Assembly: GCF_006345805.1 (NCBI RefSeq)
Contig: NW_021834628.1
Location: 1-46,274 of the forward strand
Length of the DNA stretch: 46,274 nt
Source of the DNA: Octopus sinensis
Taxonomy: Eukaryota
Reading direction: 5' to 3'
Shown: one piece after another, positions 35,470 to 46,274 of the stretch
Numbering within the stretch: position 1 is the stretch's first letter
Layout of the letters: each line of letters opens with the position of its first letter
Made by a program: the position numbers and the translations under genes
Notes under the pieces: model-generated
What the model was told of the DNA's origin: nothing
The model's database searches: none
The model's input: only the letters and a program-made list of their open reading frames with translations

Positions 35470-35867
35470 ACTAGCAGTATCGCCCGGCGTTGCTCGTGTT
35501 TGTAAGGGAAATAACTATATATGCAATTTTAGAGAGTTATAGCCAAAAAAATAGCAAAAGAATGCATTAAAAATGGGAAAAAAATGATGGTAAATTTTTT
35601 TTAAATCGTTGACTCATCGTAGACATTTTTAGAGAGTTACTTCCCTTATATAATAGCGAAAAATGCATTAAAATGGAAAAAATGATGTTAATTTTTTTTT
35701 TAAATCGTAGACTCATCGTAGACGCGCGCTAATACCCAGAAGGGCTCGATATGAATCACGACTATAAGATACCCTGTTTTGGTTAAACTGCACCACAAAA
35801 TGTGGGAGTAGTTAGGAATCTAAATCGTAGGAGACAGACACACAACTTGACTTTTATATTTAAAGAT
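35470..35867 (+). mobile_element. Helitron/Helentron-type non-autonomous element with an internal duplication of about 100 bp
   Basis: Termini actagcagtatcgcccggcgttgctcg ... ttttatatttaaagat; tttagagagtta...aaatcgt.gactcatcgtagac occurs twice. Confidence 0.6.
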
Positions 35868-36489
35868 AAATACTATTTGAGCACGTAATCCCCATCCTCG
35901 AAATTGTTCGCAGTGGGTCAAAATTTGAAGCCTATATAAATAAGAACATATAAATGAGAATAGTTACCGCACCGGGAAAATTGCTAAGAGATATTTCTTT
36001 TGACTGCCTGCTCTGCGTTCGAATACCGCAGTGGTCGACTTTGTCTTTCGATCTTTCAGGGTCGCTATCAGTTACCCTTCACCCTGATATTGCCGACCTT
36101 ATACCAAAATTTGAAAGCGATATAAATAAGAATATTCTTAATATAAAGAGCATAGATTCGTTCACACAGGCCCACAATCACACATACATGTTTTCGGCAG
36201 CATCCCAGACACATCCGGCTTTTAAACTCATAATTAAAAAAAAAAAAAAGATAAACAGAAAAATGTCGGGGAGAAACAATACTGAAAAGGCGTATGATTA
36301 TGGAATACACCATAGAGCAAATGAGAAATATATTCCTAAAGAATAACCTTTTAGGTTAAATATTAATGTTAGAAAATAAATAGAAACACGTATTTTCAGA
36401 AATGACATGATGTGTCAGTTGTATGTCAGTAAACATGCAATTCAAAAACACAACCAGAACAAAAGGTTCACAACTAAAAGTGTATTCTC

Positions 36490-36694
36490 TCACCATATAT
36501 ATATATATAATTTATTCATAGGTGGGTATGCACACCGTCGCACACATATAGATTTAAGTGTATGCATCTATATTTGTGAATATGTATGAGTATATATATA
36601 TGTGTGTGTGTGTGCATTTGTGCTTTTACGCATGCATAAATATGTATGTATGATTATCTGTATGTATATATATATTTATCTATCTGTCTGTTTG

Positions 36695-36763
<69 letters not shown>

Positions 36764-36818
36764 TTATCTATCTATCTATCTGTCTGTGTGTCTGTCAATT
36801 TATCTATCTATCTATCTA

Positions 36819-36888
<70 letters not shown>

Positions 36889-37068
36889 CATGTGTGCGCA
36901 TCAGTATGGATACGAATGTGTATGTATACATGCATACATACAAACAGACAGACATACATATATATATACACACACACACACATGTATATATATATCCATG
37001 TATGTACGTATGAATGTATATATACATGCATACACACATACTTACATATGTGTATACGTATCACAAAT

Positions 37069-37136
<68 letters not shown>

Positions 37137-37143
37137 ATATATA

Positions 37144-37175
<32 letters not shown>

Positions 37176-37212
37176 GTGTGTGTGTGTGCATATATACACA
37201 CACACACACATG

Positions 37213-37261
<49 letters not shown>

Positions 37262-37938
37262 GTGTATGTGTGTGTGTGTGCATTTGTGCTTTTACGCATG
37301 CATAAATATGTATGTATGAATTATCTGTATGTATATATATATATATATATATAATTTATTCATAGGTGGGTATGCACACCGTCGCACACATATAGATTTA
37401 AGTGTATGCATCTATATTTGTGAATATGTATGAGTATATATATATATGTGTGTGTGCGTGCATTTGTGCTTTTACGCATGCATAAATATGTATGTATGAA
37501 TTATCTGTATGTATATATATATATATGTGTGTGTGTGTGCATATATACACACACACACACATGTATATATATATATATCTATATATATATATATATACAT
37601 ATATATATACACACACACACAGATGCATACACATAAACACAGAGATACACACACACATACACACAAACTCACAAACAAGCACGGACTAGCACACATGTAC
37701 ATATATGCTTATTCGTATAGCACCATATTTACATACACACACACACACACACACACCACATATATATATATATAAAGAGAGTGAGAGAGAGAGAACGAAA
37801 GAAAGAGAGAGAGAAGGACAGACGAGGGAGAGAGAGGAGGGAGAAAAAGAGAGGGAATTGGAGAGGGTGCTATATACAGGTAGACATAGATTGACATATA
37901 CACTCATACATATATATACATATATATATATGCTTATA

Positions 37939-38008
<70 letters not shown>

Positions 38009-38338
38009 ATATGTATGTATGTACGTATGTATGCTTACTTGTGCTTATATATTACAATGTGTGTGCATGTTAGTGTATTTGTATGCGTTTATTCAGGATT
38101 CTTTTTCAGTTCCGCGTTAAATAATTCATATATTATTTTAAAGCAATTTGTATCACATTGCACACACACATACACACACACTCAGACACTCATGTATTAT
38201 ATATATATATATATAAACCTAGATATATTTAAGCATATATACACATAAACATATATCATAAACATTTATATATATATATATTTATACATGTATCTGTCTC
38301 TCTTTAAGTATATATATGTGCGTGTGTGTGTGTGTGTG

Positions 38339-38391
<53 letters not shown>

Positions 38392-38770
38392 GTGTGTATG
38401 TGTGTGTGTGTGTATACACACATACATATATATATGTGTGTATGTGTGTGTATGAATGTATGTATGTGTATGTACACACATAGACATACATAAAAATATG
38501 TAGATACACATGTATATATATATTTATATACATATATACAAGTAAACTCATATGTGTATGTCTGTTTGTCTGTATGTGTATGTGTGCGTTCGTATATACA
38601 TATATATATGCACATATATGTATACACATGGATATACATAGGAATATGTAGATGCATATATATACATATAAGTAAACATATATGTGTATGTCTATTTGTT
38701 TGTGTGTGTGTGTGTCTGTGTGTGTGTATGTGTGTGCGTGTGTGTGTGTGTGTGTTTATGTGCTTCCATA
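36490..38770. repeat. Compound microsatellite field (TA, CA, TATC, TC, GA) with an internal duplication of about 840 bp
   Basis: aatttattcataggtgggtatgcacaccgtcgcacacatatagatttaag occurs at about 36509 and 37353; gcatttgtgcttttacgcatgcataaat occurs three times. Confidence 0.9.
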
Positions 38771-39652
38771 CTGACTCAGAAATGAGTAACAAACAAGGTA
38801 GCAAAATTATATTTGTTTGAAAAGTAGAAAATAGATGAGTGTATACAGTTATATGTTTACTACAAAACAACTTACATACACACACATTTATCTTGTGCCC
38901 GCACGAAAATGCTTTTATATTTATTTCGACCTGCACGCTTGGGAGCATATATTCCTTGGTGCACTGAGGTGTGCCCGTGTCTACACGCTTCTACGTGTAT
39001 GTGCGCTTGTATAGTATCTTCTTATATATTAAACTATAATATTTACTGAATATATATACTGATAAAATTTTACTGTATAAAAATTCAACGTATATATTGA
39101 TAAATCTGTCATCCAATTACATTTTTCAGATTGTTCTACAAATAAATTTTGCTATTCCTTTCTCTTATATTACACATCCTCACACAACATTTCATATCTA
39201 AGCTATATTGCCAGTTTCTGAGATTGAAACGTGGTCATGCCTCAACGGTACCTTCGGGTGTTTTCCCTTGATCGTTTCGATTATTTTATCAATTAACTCT
39301 TAGTAATCATATAATTGCCTAATCGATACTTATTGATTAGCTACATGAGCACGTTGACCTAACATCAAAACCATTACGATTTTAACCTGTGCTATTGTTT
39401 CAAACACATGAATATGCAAACCCATACACGAGCATAGAAATATATGTACATGTATACACATTCATGCACACATAGATGTATATGCATGTATATGTATAGG
39501 CGTATACATATATATATTTGAATAGACGCTTACATGCATACATATATGTATAATTCTATGTATATCTAAGTATCCATGTACTTTACTACCTACCTTTTTC
39601 CCGCCCTCCTTTCCTCCCTCCCTCTCTTCCTCTCCTCCCCTCTCTCTCCCTC

Positions 39653-39707
<55 letters not shown>

Positions 39708-40047
39708 GAACATATATATGTCCTTACACACATGTAGACACACACACGCATGCACACACACACACACAAACACACACACACGCACGCACACACACACACA
39801 CACTTTCAAGTAGATATGCTCGCAATGAGATGAATATTAACATACGCGTGGTATTGATAAAAAATTTGCTGTGTGGTTGTGTGTGTGTGTGCGTGCGTGT
39901 ACATGTACATACGCTCTTAGAAAACTCTGTCTGTCAGTCTGTATGTCTGTCTATCTAACTATCTATCAATCAATCTATCTATCTGTCTGTCTGACTGTCA
40001 GTCTTTCTATCTATCTATCTTTTTTATCTAGCTAAATATCTCTCTTT

Positions 40048-40090
<43 letters not shown>

Positions 40091-40464
40091 CCTATCTATC
40101 TATCTATCTATCTATCTATTTATCTATCTCACTATCTGACAATCCATTTATATGTATACTTACAGGTTTAGTTGGCGTCTGATCCTGAGAGATCGTCTCG
40201 GAAATCCACTTTAAATGAAGTTTTAATAAGTTTTATTAAATGAAGTCATGTGAATCGGCCGAACAGACTTGTAAATAATTGAAAAAGGAAAAAAATCCTC
40301 AATGAAGTTGTTTCGCGAATAATTGCACAAATCTGGCCTGATCAAGAGGCCTGTCTGTTGGGGAAAGGCATGGTGTGATATGGAATAGATACAAAAATTT
40401 ATGTATGACATTCTATTGTAAAAATTGACCGGCAATGACGGGCTATTCAGCTAGAATATATATA

Positions 40465-40630
40465 GGAGAGTTTACGAAAAAACAAAAGACGAAGACAGGT
40501 GGTGTACAAAACAAACAGATGTATTAGTATAACGCTCAGGAATAGAAAAAGTCTTTTACGTTTCGAGCCTACACTCCTCTACAGAAAGGGACACAGAAAA
40601 CAAGGAGAGAAAAAATGTGTGTAGTGGCTA
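40465..40630 (-). mobile_element. Repeat family D copy with variant hammerhead (40552-40588), ending in (TA)n
   Basis: Minus strand CTTT-CTGTAGA-G-GAG tgtagg CTC-GAAA-CGT-A-AAAG. Confidence 0.7.
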
Positions 40631-40770
40631 TATATGTATACACATACAAACACACATAAATATATATATATGTTTATATATATATATATACATATATAAA
40701 CATATATATTCATAAATAAGTATATTTATATAAACATATGCATCAATAAATACACACACTATATACACAA

Positions 40771-40804
<34 letters not shown>

Positions 40805-41024
40805 AAATATTAGGGAATAAATCCAAACTTACAGGGAAAAATCAGAGTTAGGATTGAATCCAATTTTATAGTAAAATATTATATTATATTAAATTAGAGA
40901 TAAAACCACTATTAGGCAAATCAAACAATGAAAAACTTAAGGCAATACATAAAATTAATTAATTTATATTATTTTAAATATATATCAAAAGTATTAAAAG
41001 ATTAATAAAAGATAATGATTAAAA

Positions 41025-41093
41025 CACTACGATCGTTTCATGTCTGTCCAATTTATAATAATTCGATTTATGGTTACAGTCAATCTTCAGGTG
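41025..41093 (-). ncRNA. Minimal type-I hammerhead ribozyme (family B relative; stem II partly decayed)
   Basis: CAC-CTGAAGA-TTGACTGT...ACAGACAT-GAAA-CGATCGT-A-GTG; palindrome ACGATCGT; GUA site. Confidence 0.7.
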
Positions 41094-43147
41094 ATTGAAA
41101 TATCTAAAATATAATCAGAAATATTTAAACAATATTTTAAAGATATATAATATAATAATTTTACTTATAATAAACTCTATTATCAAACTAGAAACATAGA
41201 ACTTAACAATTATGATTATATCAAAATCGACTATAATGTTAAATATTAATTTTACTTTATAAGGTAGGAAACCCACCCATAATCTAATATCGGTATTAGT
41301 TTATATCTAATAACATAAATATTTAAAAATGACTAATATATATAAATTATCAATGAAAATATATAAATGTATATAAATATTATAATTAAGATCTAAAATA
41401 ATCTCTATAAATAAATGTATATGCACATATAATAAAAACCTAATAAATTTAATTTTTCATATTTAAAGATTAAATAGCTAATTTCAAAATAAATATAAAC
41501 AAACTTAAACGAACTTTCGGAAATCTTATGTAAAATACTTTTAGAAATACTCAATTCGTAGTAATATAGTATCGAATAAATACTATAAATACTATAAATA
41601 TAATTATCAATGGAAATAACTAGCGAATATCAATTTAAAGAAATAAATCAGTTAAAACAACGATATTTACATAAGGAGAATATTATTACTCCAAAGACTT
41701 ATACAATATTAAAATTTACAATTTGAAGATCTTAAATAAATACATACTTATCTTAGCGAGGTTTAGCAATGAACTAAAATTTTTGAATCGGAAAACGTCT
41801 TTACAGCGTTTATTAGAATACTCGTGGAATTACGTTATTAGCAACAAAAAAAAGAATACATTGTTGAAGAATTCATTACGTGTGAGGAATCTACGTTTTC
41901 TTAATGATTGTGAATGGGAAAATTATTTGTTTATTATTGTAAATAGAATGAAGTCACAAATAAAGAATAAAATCTCTCTATACTATAATATTATTTAATA
42001 AAATAACTATGATAAATGAAACTTAATACAAAATAAATTAAATGATTTAAATGATTAAAAACCATTAATTATTAAATATATTCTAAAAATCTTATAAGAT
42101 TAATAAATTTATAAAGATTTATTTATAAAGTAACCCCTCAACATACTATAAAGTCTTTCCCATGCATTTATAATTATAAGCTAAAATTAGTGATCATAAC
42201 CAAAATTATAAATACTTATCAAAATTTGTAGTATAACTATACATACGTATACATAAATATATGAAAAAATATACATACATATACATATATATATACATAT
42301 ATATACATATATATACATACATATACATACACATATACACATACATACACACATACGTATACATATATACACACATATATACACACATATATACACACAT
42401 ATATACACACATATATACACACATATATACACACACATACACACATACACATAAATAAATGTATATACATATACATATATATACACACACATACACACAT
42501 ACACATAAATAAATGTATATACATATACATATATATACACACACATCATCATATACACATATATACATACACACACAACCACATATATCATATAATAAAT
42601 ACATATATAAATGTCTATAATCATACTACAAAATCAAAATATAGGTAAATATTAAGTTAAATCTAAATAATTAATCTACTAATCTATACTTCTATATTAA
42701 ATAAAATAGATTAAATAAACAACTAAATAAATCTATTTCAAATATAAAGAGATTACATACAAATAGATTAATATAACAAAAATTATAATTTAACGAAGTT
42801 ATAACAGAAATATAACAAAATATATAAAAAAATATATAAAATAAATAAAATTGTAACTTACCAAACTCTATATTTAATAAACCATTAAATATTTATGAAA
42901 AATATATTTAGTAATAAAATATTTAGTAATAAAATGAACAACTATATATAATCTAACTATAATTAAAAACAGAACCTAAATAACTAAAATAAACTAATAT
43001 AATATGTACTACAAATCACCTGCTATATTTAGAATACTATTACATAAAACAACAAATAGGGAGCTAATTAAGGCTAAGAAATATTCATTATTTATCAAAA
43101 AAATTATTATATAAGTAAAGTAACTTGTGTCTGCATTTTATTTTGCG

Positions 43148-43900
43148 CTAATCACAGATATTCAGTAAATTATCATGCTTATAAAATAAAATTTCCTTAA
43201 ACTCATTAGAATATAAATAACAAAAAATCGCTCCTATACTATATGATTTAGTTTTACTAATTATTTCCCAAGATAAATTATAATTAATATTTTGGGATTT
43301 AAGTCCCCAAATGTACTTGCTAAGTCCAGTGGAGTTAATTAAGTTTTTATTTTTAAATGAATTCATATGTTGTGCGATTCTTAATTTTATTTTAGAGGAA
43401 GTGGACCCTATATATATCGCGTTTGAGTTATTATTATTAATATTATTCTCATCATGTAATGTAACTATACATTTATACATTACATCGTTAATATCACATT
43501 TATTATTTAATTTACATTTAGTTTTATCTCTACATGTACAGTTAATTAGTGTCTTATCTTTATTATTGGTATTATTATATAATTTATTTTTATAAAAATT
43601 ATTCAGTTTAAATTTGTTAAAAGAAGAAATAATGTTACCTACACTATTAGTGGTGGAATAACTTACTCCAAAATTATTACTAGAGAAAATGTTTTTATAT
43701 TTATGATTATCTCGAATAAATAGTTCAATAATATCTAAAGTCTCTTTAATAATGTTCGTTTTAACTTGAGTACCATAAGGAACTATTAACCAAATTTTAT
43801 TCTTATTTTCCTTCTTATTATTATTAAAACTGTCATTATTATTGTTATTATTATATTTCTTTATCATATTATTATTCAGGGTGTTCAGGAATATTAAAAC
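43148..43900 (-). pseudogene. PLE RT thumb / Cys-rich linker / GIY-YIG endonuclease (Neptune-like), open but 5'-truncated
   Basis: KIWLIVPYGTQVKTNI...IFSSNNFGVSYS, linker CTCRDKTKCKLNNKC, VMYKC...AIYIGST...LRIAQH...STGLSKYIW...WEII (GIY-YIG motifs). Confidence 0.9.
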
Positions 43901-44601
43901 AAAACATTGGTCTTCCGAAAAGGAAAAATGAAATTCTACTACAACCACCACGACCATTACGACTGCTTCCACTAGCAGCACTACTACTACAACCACCGTA
44001 GTCACTACTATTGCTGCTACGGCCACAGTGTGAGAATTAAAATAGTAAAAAAAGGGTGGAGGTGGGGGAATTACAATTTCTCAGATCTTTAAACAGTCAC
44101 TCCCGCTTGCAGTGGTATGTTTTAGGGAAAGATGAATTTATAAATTTTTTTTTCTGCGAGCAGATCTGATTTTGATTCGTTAAAAAATTGATGACGTTTT
44201 TCTTCCGTGGTCAAGCTTGTCGTTCTGCTTGGTTGGTTTCCTTACAGGAGACAGTTATGGGTCTTTTCCTTGTATTCATTGAAGTTTGGTTTTAATTGGT
44301 TTGGAATTATGTGACGTCAGTGAGCAGTGCCAGTGAACCGACCACTACTGCTACTGCTGCTGCCACAGCTTAACTTAACTGCTACAACCCCAACCACCAC
44401 CAAGGTTGCCAAAATTACGGCCAACAGTAACAGCCACAGGTTACTACTACGACCAACAATCACTACTGTTGCTACCATTGGAACACAAGGTAACAAAAAA
44501 GCGGTTCATTTGGATACCAGCAAGAAACAATAATGGACTTCTTCACTACACTCAACAGTAATATAGCGATTATACTAACTACCGACAAAACACCACCACA
44601 C

Positions 44602-44850
44602 GGATTCTATTGAGAACAGTAAGAAACGATTATGAACTTTTCTATGCATTTTTATAATATATTTGATAAGGTTCGTGTTTTTCAAGAATATGGATTCTAT
44701 TGAGACAAGTAAGAAACGATTATGAACTTTTCCATTGCATTTTATAATATTTTTGATAAGGTTCTTTTTTCAAGAACCGAAACATGTAAAATTCATAAAA
44801 AAATTAAAATTTATCTAATATAGTGGCGTTTTCAAACTTCTTTTTTACAA
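44602..44850 (+). mobile_element. Probable PLE 3' end (family F) with a 90-bp tandem duplication, ending in (TA)n
   Basis: Units start at 44602 and 44692 (ggattctattgaga...gataaggttc...tcaagaa); hammerhead at 44749-44792. Confidence 0.6.
44749..44792 (+). ncRNA. Minimal hammerhead ribozyme with a U3:A8 compensated core
   Basis: ATTT-TTGATAA-GGTTCTT ttttc AAGAACC-GAAA-CATGT-A-AAAT; 7-bp stem II, ACATGT palindrome, GUA site. Confidence 0.65.
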
Positions 44851-44898
<48 letters not shown>

Positions 44899-45169
44899 AT
44901 TTGCTTCATTTTCATTTATAATTAAAGCGATTTTTCATTAATCTCATGTGTTACGTTACACTCTTCTAGATTAAAAATTTATTAATCTGAGACAAGAATA
45001 TTATCGTCGGTGCATGTGTTTATAGATATATATACGTATACGTATATACATATATATTCATATGTATATACATACATACACACATACATACATATATATA
45101 TATATTATATATATATATCGTTTGGGGATTTGGCTTGCAAGATTATATATGCCAGTTCGTGTGTTGAAG

Positions 45170-45439
45170 CATATACTGTTGTGTCTTGGGAGAGTCATTC
45201 TCTTTTAGTGCTTTATAATTTAACATAATCACCAGTAAAATTTCCAATTATTTCCTTCAGTTTTCTTCTCAAGTTTTCGTTGCGTCTTGCAAGCTTTTCG
45301 GTAGATGTTGACTCTCAACAACAACTGAAATGGCTGGGAAAATGTTAGAAACATAAAGAAGGAAATGAGTGGAAATTTTGTCGGTGAGTGTAATAAATTA
45401 TAAGGCACTAAAAGAGAATGACTCTCCGCAGACAAAACA

Positions 45440-45445
<6 letters not shown>
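45170..45445. mobile_element. Fold-back element family E (arms about 45170-45258 and 45358-45445)
   Basis: atatactgttgtgtcttgggagagtcattctcttttagtgctttataattt...aaaatttccaattatttcctt is the imperfect reverse complement of the right arm, which abuts (TA)n. Confidence 0.75.
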
Positions 45446-45502
<57 letters not shown>

Positions 45503-45577
45503 CATATGTATATATATATATATGCATATGTATATACATACTATATATATGCATTTACATATATATAACATACATAT

Positions 45578-45618
<41 letters not shown>

Positions 45619-45771
45619 CATGTTTATGTTTATACATAGATATATTTGTATATAATATTTATAGATATATATGTATATGTGCACACACACTCACACAGAC
45701 ACACACACCATACACACAAACGCACGAAGACTCACGCAAACACAAACGAACACACTCACACACACACACAC

Positions 45772-45818
<47 letters not shown>

Positions 45819-46274
45819 TTGCACATTAAAAGGATTTTGTTAATGACACGCTTGCAAATTTACATATGTTTCCGTTTTTATGGACATTTCAATAGCAAGT
45901 CATTTAGATCTGTGTAGCGCTGTATGAATAGTTTTGATAAAAACGGGATGAAAACAATTAATTAAAAGAAAAAATAATGAAAAAAAAGACACACCACACA
46001 TATTCTGTATGGGATGTCAAAGAAGTGGGATAATTAGTTCTTCTCTCCCCTTACCTACATTTCGTCATTTGTTTACCCCTTTTTTTACCTATTTTCTTTT
46101 CTTGTTTCCTACTTTCTCCTTTCTTCGTGACTTCCTCTTTAAAAATTTCTGCACGGATTGAGTTTGGTTTGCTTTTAAAAGATTCCAGTGCGTTAAAGCA
46201 GAAAACATTCCATGCACGTCACTAATAATCAAGTATTCATATATATATATATATATAAGTATATATATATATAT

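Larger units (their letters stand above)
40800..43900 (-). mobile_element. 5'-truncated Penelope-like element: GIY-YIG ORF end, long AT-rich 3' region, family-B hammerhead end, (TA)n
   Basis: 40800-40960 matches the family B terminus and the ORF is at 43148-43900. Continuity across the microsatellite at 42230-42600 is inferred. Confidence 0.65.

Noticed and set aside
36602-38948. Many 60-220 aa ORFs ([16 protein letters not shown]), here and throughout the window
   Set aside because: Stop-free translations of di- and tetranucleotide microsatellites.
43900-44026. Val-rich N-terminus of ORF 43148-44026 as a signal or transmembrane segment on a GIY-YIG protein
   Set aside because: Antisense read-through of an (ACT/ACC)-rich tract beyond the element's 5' truncation point; PLE homology starts only near 43900.

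Overview
AT-rich, microsatellite-saturated eukaryotic DNA with no recognisable host protein-coding exon, tRNA/rRNA gene or CRISPR array. The SINE families and the (TA)n/(TACA)n/(TATC)n landscape look like an Octopus (coleoid cephalopod) genome; this is pattern recognition, not a database hit. The window is almost entirely transposon-derived. It holds two diverged, GC-rich Tx1 (L1-clade) LINE copies, each flanked by (TATC)n on both sides. It also holds Penelope-like element (PLE) RT and GIY-YIG relics, an R4/Dong-type RLE LINE relic, mariner and Tc1 fragments, two Helentron-type non-autonomous elements, a TIR element and many tRNA-derived SINEs. The main unexplained signal is a set of minimal type-I hammerhead ribozyme motifs with palindromic stem III: eight near-canonical and at least three variant-core, from several unrelated sequence families. 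Nearly all lie in short element ends anchored in (TA)n, and several form fold-back palindromes with a ribozyme on each strand. All coordinates and RNA folds were read by eye; nothing was computed or searched.
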